A stretch of DNA of 64,000 bases from Balanoglossus misakiensis (taxonomy: Eukaryota > Animalia > Hemichordata). The translations under genes and the position numbers were made by a program. The stretch lies in contig CM082583.2 of NCBI GenBank assembly GCA_040954595.2, positions 10,677,656 through 10,741,655 on the forward strand, given 5' to 3'. Below, piece after piece: positions 26,901 to 52,200 of the stretch (within the stretch, counting starts at the first letter, position 1; each line of letters opens with the position of its first letter). The notes below the pieces were generated by a model. That model saw only the letters and a program-made list of their open reading frames with translations, was not told where the DNA came from and did no database searches.

Positions 26901-29900
26901 ACAAGACCCATCGCGGAATGTGAAATGCCACACTTTGGTTCACTAGATTGGCAATTCGTGTAGGGGCTGTATATTTGTGTTGAGAGGTTTTGTTGTACTC
27001 ACTAATTACACTGTGAATACCGATGAATAACTATTTCCAGTCATCCCCGAGTACAGTTATTTTCTGAGTAGGTCAAAGTAGCCGTCTATCTTTAAAACAA
27101 ATTCCCACAAAGTAGTTAAAAAAAACATCACTTCACAAAAAAGGATACTGGCACTTTGGGCTCTAATAATAATCATTACAAAATTAACCACAGACCGAAA
27201 TGCTGAAAATAATGTTCACATCACTGCATGTATTTACCAAAAGTAAAGGGTACACAGACAATGACCGAGGCAAGCCTTTGGAGAAAATACCAAAGATATT
27301 CTCAGAAATACAGGGCATGGTATTATAAAACAAACAGTAAAGAAAGAAAGAAAGAAAGTTTATCATCAGAAACAGATAACCTGTCTTTCTACACAGAGTT
27401 ATTTCTGTATCACAGGGGTTTATGGCGAAAATAGAGTGTTATGGGGGTTTGTACAGATGTGACAGATTTTCATGAAATTAATGATGTGCATGAACTCATC
27501 AATTTTATCTAACTGTCACCTGTTTATTGTGTGTTTGATGTAGCGACATTGTGTCAGGTGGTTTTTATTGTAAGAGTGGGCAAGATTTTATGTTCATAAC
27601 TTTGTGATTTCTTTTCATTCGGTTATTTCTGTGTTTTCTGTGGTCATTTCAATAATTGGGATCACGATATTAGTAATACAGATAAGAAACTCAGAGAGAA
27701 AGAGGTGGGTGGGGGGGGGGGGGTAATACGGCGGCAAAGTTTAACATTCAGCAGAATGGCTTAAGTTACATAACCATGGACGCATGTAGTGGTTGCTAGG
27801 TGATGCCTCCTGTTTGTGTCTTATTTTTCGATGATGCTGCGCTGGATGCCAGCACTGATTAACTAATCGTAGAAAGAACATATTATAGATGTATTATAGC
27901 ATCACCAAATTGGAAAAAACTCGAACTGGTTAATTTAAAGCTATCATTATCAACTTGTGTATTGATGACATATACATCTGTCAATCGTAGAAACATAATA
28001 CATAGATCACGTCATGCATCAAATGCATTTTCAGTGCATTTTAGCCAAGACAATTGCAAGTGACTGCTGAGCTCATACACTGGTTATTCTATAGTGATTC
28101 ATTGTTCATACTGTATCCTCAATGGTAGTACAGTCTTAAGCTTTGATTAATCATATCTTGACGTTTTGAGTCTTTGTCAAATATGTATATTTGTACCCAG
28201 GATCAATGGGTTGGATGAAATTGTGTAATTCCCCCATGTGTGAATTTTTCGGGGAAAAGAGGATTTATCATTCAGTGAAGACCCCGAGGATAATTGTTTA
28301 ACGCCTGAAAATCCTTTAAACAACCAATTATTCATTTAAAGTAGTTGTGAATGTCAAGATTTTCATCTAGATTGATTCTTTGTATTCATAGACTGCAATT
28401 GTTCCTAAAAAGCAGACAATTTGCCTAGCCTTGGGCATATACATGTACGTCCAGTAGTTCAACATGCTACATGCCCTAGAATAACTGCAGCTCCCATATG
28501 TGCATTATGTCCTTAGGCCTAATGTATACACTGTGACGTGAATGTCAGTTGATACATGTATACTGGGAGTGTAATTACTTTGTACATCTTAATTCTCACA
28601 AAAGGCTTATTTGCACATATATACATGTACTTGCCCAGAGTAACTATCTGCTCTGGCAGGGAAGTGCACATTCAGACTAGTAAAAAAAGTCACAATTGCT
28701 TAATTTTAAAGACTTTCTCAGCAAACATGCCAGTGTGAGATTTGAAATGAACGGTGAACCCTTAGCTAATTCTTGAGGTTTAACAGGCACTATTGTACAC
28801 CTATTGACTGGCCATGGGGGACTGTGTCACCCCCTAATGTCTTACAAGCCAGAGGTATATAGGCAGCCACCCATGATGTCAGCCCAAAATGGCCAGTCAG
28901 CATGACACAACAGAGGATTTTATCGTCTATGCCTCTATGAACCACAGCGAGATTCATGTGCTTCTTCATTGTACGCACAAATGATGTCTAGGTGTCGAAT
29001 TTCACGAACGGTTACCTGGTCGAGTAACATTTCAAAACCTGCTAATCGGTGACAAGCTCTGACAATGGTACAACTGATCATTGTGCAGAAAGCATGAATT
29101 GTCACCGAACTAATACTATTAAAACCCAGGACATGTTTTTGATTTTTGATAGAGGAGTTCATGGAAAACGGATTTTGAATTTTAACTTTCACAGGATTTA
29201 CATGTCATTGGTGCATATGAACTTCCCAGTGGCCGCAATTATCCCAAGACCCAAGTTTCTGAATTTCACGTAATAAAAAAATGATGTAGAATATATGTGA
29301 TGTTTTTTCTGAGTCATAGTCTGTGTGTCAGACATATTCAACCCCCTCAAAATCGCCAAACAAAAGAGGATTTGTCAGAGTAATGAATTTAGTGTGACTG
29401 TGTTCTGCGCAGGGGGAACATCGCCACAAATAGATGTTCTGTACAAAGATGAGGGTTTCAGGGCAAACAGGAGGATGGTCTGAATGTAGACGGAAATAGA
29501 AGCTTCTGCCGCATGCTACCATTGCAGCTCGCATGTTATTTATATCCTACAATCCAGTTTTTAAGGGTTGTTGTTCAGCATTTTCTGTTGGCTATCGCTA
29601 CGAGGTCAGAAAAAATACCATCCAAGCGACAAAAAAAAAATTATCGCCAATGGGAAGGTATTCATCCAGTTTTCGATTTTTCTAATTTTAAAGACCATAT
29701 AGTGGAAGTTTTTTTATGAACAACAAACGTTTTGTTCTTTTCTTGACCTGAGAATTTTTTTGTTAATTTTACAATCGAGAAAAAGAAGCAGTATTAAGCT
29801 GGAGCACTTGTTTTGATGTTTAAAAATATTGTGTGTACCTTGCATGGAGAACATGTACATTTTATTTATAATTTCATAAATTTGTATGAGGAGTTGGTTT

Positions 29901-32263
29901 TCATTGTAGATAGAAAACGGAGACAAAAAATGAAACATCAGTTACTTTATGTGAAGTGCAGTTCATTCTTCCAAAATACTTATTAGATGATTGTATGTTA
30001 TTTTGGGGAAAATTTGGGTGCATTTTACACATACTTACAAACAGTACAAGCAACATATGAATTTTTTTAAAGTGAAATCAGACTACAATGAAAAATCTAG
30101 TTGATATGATAAATATCAATTAAATACAAAAATCAAAACTTCCATGCACATTAAAAAAATAATCATGACTTATCATTTTATATTTAGAAGATGAACTGCA
30201 TCATTTAAAATATCTGGAGGTAGCAGACAACTATTTTGAAGATATTCTCTACCCTCAACTGCATCAATTGATGTTTTTAAATTTTACACATTATGTTGGA
30301 ATATTATTCAGATATTTGTGATGGGCATTTAATAAATGCGTCATTAATATGGACCCCTTAAGCCAGTGTTTGCTCATTGCGCATAATTTGCAAGGACTTC
30401 GATGTGGATTAGACTGGTATCACTGGAATAATTCCTACCATTAACATACAAGAGCTAAAATAGTCAAATAATTAAAATAATTACACATTAAAGGTTTCTT
30501 TGGAACTGCAGTCCATATATCTCACCACAGATGAATTTGCATCTGCATAGTCATTGATCTCTCCTGTATATTCCCATAACTGTAACTTTCAACAATATTT
30601 TTTCATGGTTTTATTCCATGCATCAGCTACACACACTTTCTTGGTACACACTTCAAAACATGAAATACTCAGGCATGCATTTGGATAAGTATACAGATTG
30701 TATATGTGAAGTGCATTGTTTTGCCAATTCATGTACGGACAGTTATTCAAATATCAACAACGACAGTTCAAATAATATTAAATTTTATTACATTGTTGAT
30801 TGTCCATTTAAGTTTGGTGCCATGTCTGTTGGTTATCAGGTAAAGTTTAATATCATAGCAAGTGGATTTTTTGTTTGTTTTTTTCATCTGACCTCCGAGG
30901 TAGTGCTTGTGGGGGAAAAAGGAATTTCGGATCAGAATTTAGTATGCACTCTAATACAGCATATTTGTGACATGTTTTTTATTACCATTTGCATACACCA
31001 CTTTTCATGTTTCAACATGCTCTTACAGTTATACGACACAAAATATTGGGTTGACTCTGGTCATCACAAAGACATTCATTTGACAAAATTCATCAGGAGT
31101 TTCAGCTTCTGTTTCCAGAATGCAACTTGGTTTAGTGAATTTTCCTGAATGTTAAATAAATTAGAGTCGCGAGTGATTAACTTCACTGGATTACTTTGGG
31201 CCCTGAAATCATATTGGGAAAATTTAACATAAAAAGACATGGGATGAGAACATCAACAAAGGGCAGTGGTTTCATACGGGAAGAGACAGTGAGAGTTTGG
31301 AGGAAAATCAGCTTGTCTGCCAATCCTTACTGGGTTTACTTGTAATCATGCCATTTTGTCAATTACAGTAGAATTGTTGTATAACTGGTTTTAAGCTGGA
31401 TGCTAATTACCATAGGAAATAAGGCAAAAGCTTGGAAAATGTGTGTGTGTGTGTTTCATCAAGCCACATGCTAGTATTGTGAACCATATAAGATCTTTGA
31501 TGTTTTAATTAAATGTCAGGAAAATGCCCATGTTTGTTTTTACAAAGAAAGTGGTAATTGGATGTTTTGTTATGTAAAAACGGTGAGTGTGCTCTGTGCT
31601 GGTACCTAATCAAGTTGGATGAAAACACAAGATAATTTCAACATCTCTTGGTATTTTTATGCTTAGAATATATTAAACATTTGAGGGAGAGCTGAAAAAA
31701 AGATTTGAAATTATGCATTTGGTGGATTTTTATGTTAAAAACAAGTGTCATCTCCACACGATGTAAATGCTTTAATGTGATTACTGGTGTGAAATATCGG
31801 TGAAGTGACTTTTGAAAGTTACCATATTGTGTGGGTCGGTGTCTCTTGCACGGCTGTGGGCACTGCATGTCATTATGAATTGTATGAATATTCATAATGT
31901 CTATATGCATATTGATTACTTTCACCAAAGCTGGGAGTCTGGGTGACGACACATGGTTAAGCTACCAGTACCAGCAAGTGTCCACAACTGTAGGTGCCTT
32001 AAAAGAGACCCAGTCATGCTATTTTTTGATCAGTAGCACAGCGCAGCAGCTAATGACCACATAGTTGAGAGTCATCAGCGGTATATATAGGATTCTATAT
32101 TCAGGTTTTTTAATTGGTTATTTTTACTCATCTTGTATCTTATTATCAGGGTTCTGTGTTCAGTTTTTAGAAAAGCGAAAAAGTTCTCCTGTTCACGGTT
32201 GACCAGCGTCCGGGAAGATGTTAATTAACCATGTTTTGGCGTCATTTTCTGGTCTCTTTCCAG

Positions 32264-32354
32264 CTTTGGGTCTGTCTCCTGGTTATGTGCTAAAGTACGA
32301 CCACTGTTATCAACTGACACAGTATAACATCAACCGCCCGAGCAGAGAATCAGT
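32264..32354 (+). other. 5' UTR part of the MEF2 start exon, containing a minimal uORF (ATG TGC TAA, 32285-32293)
   Basis: Acceptor ttttctggtctctttccag ends at 32263. The uORF is read directly from the sequence. Confidence 0.65.
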
Positions 32355-43176
<10,822 letters not shown>

Positions 43177-44148
43177 TGAAATTTACATGTATAAATTGTT
43201 ACATTGTAAAACAGGCATGATAGTACAGCTCTCATATCAGATGCAAGATAATTTTGATATGGCAGTGTAATTCTAGAGTTAGAGACAACAACTTTTGGAT
43301 GCTAGAATGTTCCATAGTATTTGGATTTTTTTTCCTCAATCAACTGGAAAATTTAAGATGACAAAAATACATGGAATTAATTTGTATAAACTTCCTCTTT
43401 TATTTGATGTACGATTGTAACAGCTATCAGTGGTTACTTATTGACCATTGGCCAGAGTTTGTTGTAAGGTGGATGCTGATTGGCCAGTCATCAGCTGTGC
43501 CTATCAGAAGAAGGCTAATTTTGAGCCAATCGAAGCACTTCACTCACCACATCATCTGTACTTGCCCACTTGGACTTAACACCCCAAAAAATGACCTGCA
43601 AGTTAGAATCTGTAGCCTCTTTCTTGAATTTGAATTACAACTGCTAAGAAAAAGAATATCATAGCAATAGAAACATTTGATAATGAAAAAAAGAAACAGA
43701 AAAATCTAATTTTCTTCATACGTAGTCCAGTTTTACCCATTCGTATTTAGTCTGTCACAGTGACATACTTATGTCATCATTTAGTCATGTGCTTTTTCTA
43801 ACATGAATAATCTCTGATACTTGAGTCCAGAGACAAGCAAAAGTGAAAGAAAAACTTGTTTTGTTTTGTACTGTATACAAATATAAGACTGTTACAGTTG
43901 ATTGTCAGATTGGTTCCTGACGTTGTGTTATTATTTTTTACTTTTGTGATTGCATTGATACAAGGATGTAGAGATAGATGTTTTTTCTCCTTCTTCTTCA
44001 CCACACTGTTTGTTCTTCAGTCAAACACAGATAAACTCTCGGCGACAAACCTGAGAGGATTTATGCAGGATTGCCGTAATTCCCACGTCAAAATTGACAG
44101 AGTTATAACACAGAGCTAAGATTGCAGTTGTGAGGTGTACAGTGTTTT

Positions 44149-44174
44149 TACATACATACATACATACATACATA
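44149..44174 (+). repeat. (TACA)n microsatellite
   Basis: tacatacatacatacatacatacata. Confidence 0.85.
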
Positions 44175-44760
44175 TGTATAGATTTATACGTCTGTCAGCT
44201 GTTCCAAGCGCAAGTACAAGACAGCATTTTTTACCAACATCTCTGCATCCTGACACAAACAAGAAAATCGGTGGGTGGCCGATGAAACTACCGTCTTTGT
44301 ATTTAATGTGATGATTTTTTCCCCTTTTGGACTAAAAGTCTAGTTCTGCCATATTCAGAGTGTATAGAAATGTATGATATTGCAAAAAAGAGAGTTTAGT
44401 AGTATAAGAGTTGATATTTCAAAGATATGTACGTGGCCTTAAGCTTTCACTTCTGCTGGCAATAGATAGAGTAATTCTAAAAATACTATGTATTAAAGAT
44501 AGAAGTAAAATATACTTTAGAAGAAAAAAAAGTTTAAAAAAAATACAGATTGACTGACTGAATACAGGTATATGATAAATTTACACAATTAAAAAGTATG
44601 TGCATTTTTATCAAGCGTGTAGCATAGAATGAAGGGAGAAATATGGTCTAGTCATTACAAGGGTTTTGTTGTTTATTACAAAATGTTGATATGCATAATT
44701 ACCAGTCAGTGTTGTGTAAGCAGGCTGCCTGGTAAATTGGACTATAAGACAGCAGAACCA

Positions 44761-44905
44761 TATCTGGTAGTCAAACGCTGTTACTACTGTGATATGTAAT
44801 GGTCAGGAGCTGGTAGTTCTATACTGCCTGATGGTCAGATTTTGCTATGACTATCTGGTGGTCAGATATTAGTATGAAACTCTGGTGGTCTGATGTTGTC
44901 GGTCC
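44761..44905 (+). repeat. Degenerate minisatellite of about 27 bp downstream of the MEF2 stop codon (probable 3' UTR)
   Basis: Recurring units tatctggtagtcaaa / gcctgatggtcagattttgctatga / ctatctggtggtcagatattagtatga / aactctggtggtctgatgttg. Confidence 0.55.
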
Positions 44906-47900
44906 GTCAGAGTTATTTAAGACTTGTCTGCCTTGCAGCTGTTGGGAGACCTTAACTATTTTCAAAGTTATTGTTTGTATAATTATTTTATATGAATGAA
45001 CTTTAGTCAGTTGTCATTTGTTTGTACTCTATCTTGCTGCAGAGAAAATATCCTTTACTCAGCCAACGATCTAGTAGTGATAGCCATAATATTCAGTTTG
45101 CAAAAGACCAGCAAATAAAGTCTCTCAAATAATACCTGAACACTGGAGAGAAACCTTTTTGCACATTAAGTTTATTTCTAACAGGTGAAAAAAAAAGATT
45201 ATCAAGTTATTTATTACTGTTTATTGTTATTATTAATGTTTTAAACAAGTTGGTATAGAGTTTGCACAGTTAATTGATTCATAAATGTATTGACTCTGGT
45301 GATTTGAGTATTATTTTTCTTCACAAATGATAATGTTAATTTTTTTAGTACTTTTCCGGCGCAGGAGGATTGGGATATAGAACGGCTCTGGGGAAACACG
45401 CTGATCATTCTTGGCATCAATAAAGATATATATTTTTGTTGGATTTATTACTGAATTAATATTTGTTTTCAACTTTTTGAATGAATTTACCACCCAATCT
45501 GCCTGGCAAACCATGCAAATTTTTTCAACAATTGAGCCGTCATCTATCCTGGGAATACCCAAGTATTTAGAAGTTTGATACAACAATGTGAAAGGCAAAA
45601 GTTGCTGGTGCGTGTGTGTGGAGCTAGTCCACTCATGATAATTCAACTGACATTTGGACATTTTGATACGTGATAATTTTTAGAGTGAACTTTACCGTGA
45701 TAATGTTACTGAATAATCAGAGGATATGCAAATGCTGAAAGATAGAAAGATCGAGAGATGGGAATGAGTGAATGAATATTGTGAATAAATCTGCTATGCT
45801 GTAGTTTTGACAATACTGCCTCAGGTTTACCAGAATTTGACTGTTTAAACACAACAGATATAAAGAATATCAATTTTTGTTTGATATATCAAGTTTGTTT
45901 GGATTAAATTTTAGTAAAAGTAGATGAAAGCAGCAGAAAGATCACAAGGTGAAAAATTGATCAGCATCTTTTTACAGTGAAAATACTGCCGGGGAAGTTT
46001 GGCTGATTACATCAGCAAGAGTTGTGATAATTCCACTCTGAAACCCTTTGTCCACCGGTGATGGTTTATATCCTGTAGTGAAACATTGAGGAGTTTATTT
46101 AGTGAATTGTATATATTGTTAGAATCTGTCCATGGATTGCTTTTCGAAATCAACTCAGTGCCCAGCTGAACAGAGCTCTTACAGAACAGGGAGTCTAACA
46201 AGGTGTATGTTTAGATTATTTTAGAAGTAGACTTTAAAACCAGAATGATAATTAAGCTATCATGGCTGTCTGTCAAAATGAAAGACTTGTGGAAAGTCTT
46301 GGCAAAAAAAATGAATTAAATAGTTGACTCGATTTTGAGATGGGAAGAGTGAACCAAACATTAAAGGTCCATCTCTGTAACTTGGCTGTAATCTTTCAGT
46401 TTTGTTTTCCAGATCAGCTTGCAGTTTCTTGATCACCTCTTTCAAACATAAATGAAATGTTCGATGTTTAGCTTGTCAGCTTGTGTACAGCCAGCATTGT
46501 TATCATTGAAAATTACATTCAAGTCTGGACTTAAATTCCTGTATTTCATCACGCTGTAGGAAAAATAACAAGAAAGTATAGTTGATCTGAACAAAATGCC
46601 GAAAAGAAAATGGAAATTGCAGCTGCTGCCCCATTTAGATATTCAAACATATTCCTTGTTTCAAGATGTAGAGGAGATGACATGTTGCCCTGGCAACAGA
46701 GCTTGTTATCGTATACATGTTACAAACTCCCCTTTGTAATCCATGGGCTCATTCTCTTTATTTATTTATTTAATATGTGAGGTAGATATGTAGTTGATGT
46801 TTGGGGAAAAACATAAAACAAAAAAAGATCATGTGAAATATAATCCATGGGGACAAAGCTGGTCTTTGCCATTCAAACAAAGACTACCACAAACTTTAAT
46901 ATCATCTATCTTTCTCTTTTGCCTTCTCATTTGTTGTCTGTTTAATACAATTTTTTTTGTCAAATTGTTTATTTAGATTCAGTGTCTTACACAGTCGTTA
47001 ATATTCATATTTTTATGGAAATATTTTCATCATGCAAAAACTTGGATTGTATGTATGGTTTTTACTGCAATATTACAGTAAAATTTTGGCTTCAAGTGTA
47101 CTATGTCTGTGTGTCCTCCACTTTATTTTCAACGGGAGAAGTCGCCATCTTCTGGTGATGTGTTATCTTCATATAAAAGGGGGTTTACTGAACACTCTAC
47201 TCATTGCCTATGTAGAGCTGTAACGTTTCAAATATGTCAACGCCACAGTATCAAATTTGCATTTCAGTCTAGCATAAGCAAAGTAGAGGTATAGATCTAT
47301 TGGTCATATATACCCCTAAAGATGTGTCCATTTTCCTGCCTTCCTGCCTCTGCCTAAAAGACCACCAAGCAAGGACCATTTAACTTCCAAGGTCATGGTC
47401 TGATGTCCCTGCTGAGAACAGTGACGTAACTGGCGTCCCTTTGAAGTCAATCATGATTGGGTGTAAGATTCTAAAAAACTCAAACGATGTCATACATGTA
47501 AGACATCATCTTAGTCCCTTTCGCGGCGAACTAGGTATTTGCGGGTTGTGTGGGTGTTTTTAATAATACATGTAGACCAGTTGAGTGGGTTTACCGCTGA
47601 TGGAACTCTAAGGAATCAAAGAGGAAAGAATAAGTATTATCAATTTCATATTGAAGCAATATTTGATTCACCCACACTGTTATGTGATGCTGATGAACCA
47701 AACAATAAAATGGGTTGAATAGATGAAGAAAGTGTTGTATGTAGATACAATGAAGTATATGATTTCACAATGTGTCACTGTCCGCCAGTAAGCAAAAGGC
47801 TTTCATATTCTGATGACCCATTTCTGAACTCTTCTTTGATCGGAGGCTGAATGTCACATGACAGTAGTGGCTCAGCTGAAACCTCTGTGATTGGTCAGAT

Positions 47901-49092
47901 CTTTTTCGTGCAAGATGTTACATCATGCTGACACTCACCTTTCATTTTTTTAATAGAAAAATGATTCAAAAAAACACATGCCTTTGTCAATGCACCAGCA
48001 AGATAATAAAAAGTGTTTGAAAGCTGCATGTTGGTTTGAATTGTGAACAAACAAAAAATACCCTTTCTAAATGGTGGATGAATGGTACTGATTTACATAA
48101 TGGTTGTTTGTCCTCCTCTGTCGTCATGGCCCCTGATGTGGTGAATCGGGACACCAGCAAAAGTGACAATGTGTCCTTGTGTGTCTCTAGGAGACCTGTT
48201 GCTAGCTGCTGCCACTGTGTGTTCATAATATAATTGCCATGTTGTGTCAGAGAGTTGAAGTGTTGGTGGCCCTACTAAAATAATCAACTTCAGCGATCAT
48301 CCACTTGAGTGAGTGCATTGTTCACCTCGAGTCGCAGTGAACACTCACTTCTAGGGCACGCGTGTTTGATTTTAATCTGGTGTCATGCCCATTTACTTCA
48401 ACTCAATCAAAATTGATATTTTACCAAGTGGAGAAACACCATACACCTGCCCACAAAACCACAGTCCCTAGAGTGACGATGACTTGCACTGCCCAGAAAC
48501 CCCATGCCACAAACCCTCTCCATCCTGGAATAAGCTAACTAGATGGCAGGAAAGTTTATAGCTTTTAATCATCTGAATCTCAGAGCAGGAAAAAAGACAA
48601 TTCGTCATCATGACGAGAGTGCATTCCACAATGATGAGTCAGTGTTTTTTCCATCCACCATGTTGGGTGTAACTCTGCATGACCAAGATGTGAATTATTA
48701 TGCAAACGAACATCTCTTTGTATGGTCTGTGAAAAGCACCACCAGCTTTCAGTTGAACTGGCTGTGAGGGCTGAACAGCAAGCGCCCTCTTTTGGTCATC
48801 ATTCACACGCGTCACACGCCATTCATTTCTTGTTTTTTAAACAGCGCCATCATTGCCGAGAATCAGCAGTTTCTTCTGAATGTGCCTTTACACAGAAAAA
48901 AAACATGCTTTGGTTTAGACGGGTTTTACTGTACCACATGATCACACTTATTCTGTCAGTCAATCTCTCATCCTTTACACCAACATTTTCTTTCAGGCGT
49001 AGTTTTGATCCACCCTTTGATACACTTCCATCCAATTTATAACTTTTAAAAACTCAGAACACTTGACATGACTTCTACAAATCAATGTTGTG

Positions 49093-49098
49093 TTTATT
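49093..49098 (-). terminator. Probable polyadenylation signal of LRRC28
   Basis: AATAAA on the minus strand, about 140 nt after the stop codon. Confidence 0.5.
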
Positions 49099-49238
49099 AA
49101 ATATCATCAATCCAATAATCACATCCAATTAAAAGGCACTGTATACATTACTGGTAACATAACATTAAATGTGACCCAAATCTTGAGTCATGATGCTGTT
49201 CATGAAAAGTTTGAAAACAAAATCATCATTTGCGGTAA

Positions 49239-52200
49239 TCAGACAGGCACTGGAATCTTAGTAAACACTTTCAGACATTGCCTGGAACAACAAAGACCAA
49301 AGAATGGTATTGAGTCGGGTTGATTCTGCCAAGGCTGAGCCCAGCTGAGCTTCAATAATCTGGCATAGGCTGTTGTGAATATGGGTTGATCACATCCGCT
49401 GGGGGCGAGGCAGTGCCCTGTTGGGACGAGCACTAGATCTTGTAAATACTGGGGCAAGGCAGCTTCTTCTAATCCATGTTGAACTGTGGTGGAAAAATTC
49501 AAAGTGCAAAACAGATAAGATCTTTAGAACACACAAACACACCCACCTCCATAAAAGTAGAAGTGGGAAGGTGTACCAACTACAAGCTATAGCAAGGCAA
49601 ATCAAGTGCCAGGGAGTCAAATTCTTGAACTAGTTATTGTTGGCATGGATATCAGACACAGCTACATACAGAGCCACAATAGACTCACCATGCTTTGCAG
49701 AATGAAGAGCTCGGAGACATAACTCTAGCAGCGTCAGCGCCTCTCGCTTGATAGGACTGTCAAGAGTCAACACCTCTTTGATTTCAGGAGGAACTATTGC
49801 AGCATAGCCGTCCATTTCCATAACCAATCTTGTGTCACCAGCTGTTCTCTGCACATCTACAGTCCCACAACTGAAATGACAACCAGCATGGTTAAAAGAA
49901 ATTGTTAACATAGATATCTAGGATTATTTTTTTTCACAAAATCAGTCTCTTTTGTACAATATGTGGTTACAGTATGCCATTGAGGGTTGATCCATTGGGG
50001 TGAATAACTAACCTGTTAGCTCCAATTTCAATTTTCCACATACTAAAAGGCACAGCATGTAAAGTAGGGTTTTCATCCACGTACACCGACTTCAGGGATG
50101 GCATTATGCCAAGATCTGTAAAGGACCAAAAGTAACTCACAAAATACAGTGCTGTTCAGTCATTTTGATGGGGACCCTGGCCATGACTGAGATTCAGGTA
50201 TGAAATCATTCATGAACTACCAGCACATGTAAATTCACAGCTAACAACACAAGAAAGGATTTTGTGGGAAAAACATACCTGCTGGAAGATGAGTCAACTT
50301 ATTTCCTGAGACCGTAATTTCTTCCAAATACTGCAACTTGACCAGACATCTTGGTAAAGACCTCAACTGGTTTCTATCAAGTGCAATCGACTTCAGTGCT
50401 TGGCAATGACAGATTTCATTTGGAATTAACGTCAGCTTATTATTTATAACTTCAAGATGTGTCAGCCGTTTCAGTTTGCCGATTTCTGCAAAAAAAATAA
50501 TAATTTGCCAAAAGCATTCGAGTCACGGACACAGCACATGGTCGAGGTGAGAAAATGAACAGTGGTATATTTGTGATGTTTGGTACCTGTCCTAGTGGTC
50601 CTGAATGTGAAGAGTCCTAAATGTTTTATATGGCCAAATTTTAATGCCTGGCGTAGTAATGCAAGAATATACTTCACTTACCTATTGGAATTTTTGTCAG
50701 GTCATTGTTCGACAAGTGGAGTTTCTTTAGAGAGGGAACATCTCCTATCTTGGGAGTGATGGACTTGAGGTGATTACAGCTGACATCTAATGATTCCAAA
50801 CATACCATGTTGGAGATTTCTACAAGAAAGTTAAAAGTGCGGTCAGATTGGATGGTTAAAGGTCTATGGCCACTTATGCAAACTTAGCCACATTGCGATG
50901 GAAAGTAGAAAACTAGTCACTCACAGATTTTCACTTGGATGGCCAAGCAAAAAAAGTATGCCACCACATGGTCATCTAAATGGCTATACTTACCATCAGG
51001 CAAATATTCAAGTGAATTGGAGTGTATGTACCTGCATTGAAAATTAAAATCTGTGTTAATATACGAGTCATGTCAGTGTCTGATTGGGAACTCTTTATAT
51101 GATAGTACAGGTAATCACAGCTGTGCACTGTATATACTGGGCATTTTCCTTTTCTCTTGAAGTAATCGCAGATTTCTTGTTACCTGCTAATTAGGACCCG
51201 CATAGAGGTGCTTACTCTTTACGTATACTGGTACGATTTTTATTGTCAGGTTGAATATCTAATGAAGTGCTTCTGGTGACTTACAATTCAACCAGTCTTG
51301 ACAGCTGCCCTATATCAGATGGCTGAAATGAGAAAAAAATATAGTTTATTTCTTGAAGTCACTGTCACAAAATAAGATTAACGATTTTTAATTGCAAAGA
51401 AAGCCATCTTGAGAACCTGCAGTTGTTTGACCTATTAGTTAGCTTCCAAGGTCACTATAATACTCAAAGTCTGGAAAGTATATATATGAGAGGGAATTAC
51501 AAGCTTATGATGTCAGAAGACAAAAACAATTGTCAAGGATCAGTCTAGAGTGACCTGTAATGACTGTGACCATTCCCCTGAGGTCGAAATAAGGTCAGCC
51601 AAGCCCAACCCTGTTTCACAACAACAACAATACAAGTCACAGCTATTCATGATTTACAATGTCTACTGCAACAACAATAAAAAATGGCCTACCAATGATG
51701 TTAGTAGATTTCTCTTCAGGTACAGCTTTTCTATAGTACAACATAGAGGTGGCTTTAGCAGTTCTTCGGGTAAGCTCTTCAAACCCTTGTAGTTGAGATA
51801 CAGAATAGTATGGCCATACCGGGTTGCCTCTGTGATGATGTCCTCAACCATGCTGAGTTCATGATCTTCAGCTAACATTGACGAACTCCGACAGTTTGTA
51901 TCTTGAGCCAGTGAAAACATGAACACATTACTGTCTATAGAGGGAGTGCTCTCATTATTTTCTCCAGGACCTTACACCAGAAGACATTAATAAAATCAAG
52001 AATTATATTATATTTTATATGCTACCATCTGGCATTCTGATTGGACGGGTAAACCTAGCGATGCTAAAATACTCAATATAGCACTATTAAAACTGGCCCC
52101 TCAAATAGTATATAATACTAGCAATAACCCCCACCACAATCCGGTATACATTTCAGATGGGTACAATTCGCTCTATATAGCACTCGCGTGTTGCTAATTG

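Noticed and set aside
64-31952. Dozens of 60-176 aa ORFs in the supplied track across the first 32 kb
   Set aside because: They show no recognisable domains, have Cys/Phe/Leu-rich random composition, often start at non-ATG codons and form no consistent exon chain. This is expected noise in AT-rich non-coding DNA.
44761-44905. Repeat units separated by variable sequence, superficially array-like (CRISPR)
   Set aside because: Eukaryotic context, degenerate units, no constant repeat-spacer structure and no cas genes. It is a minisatellite.
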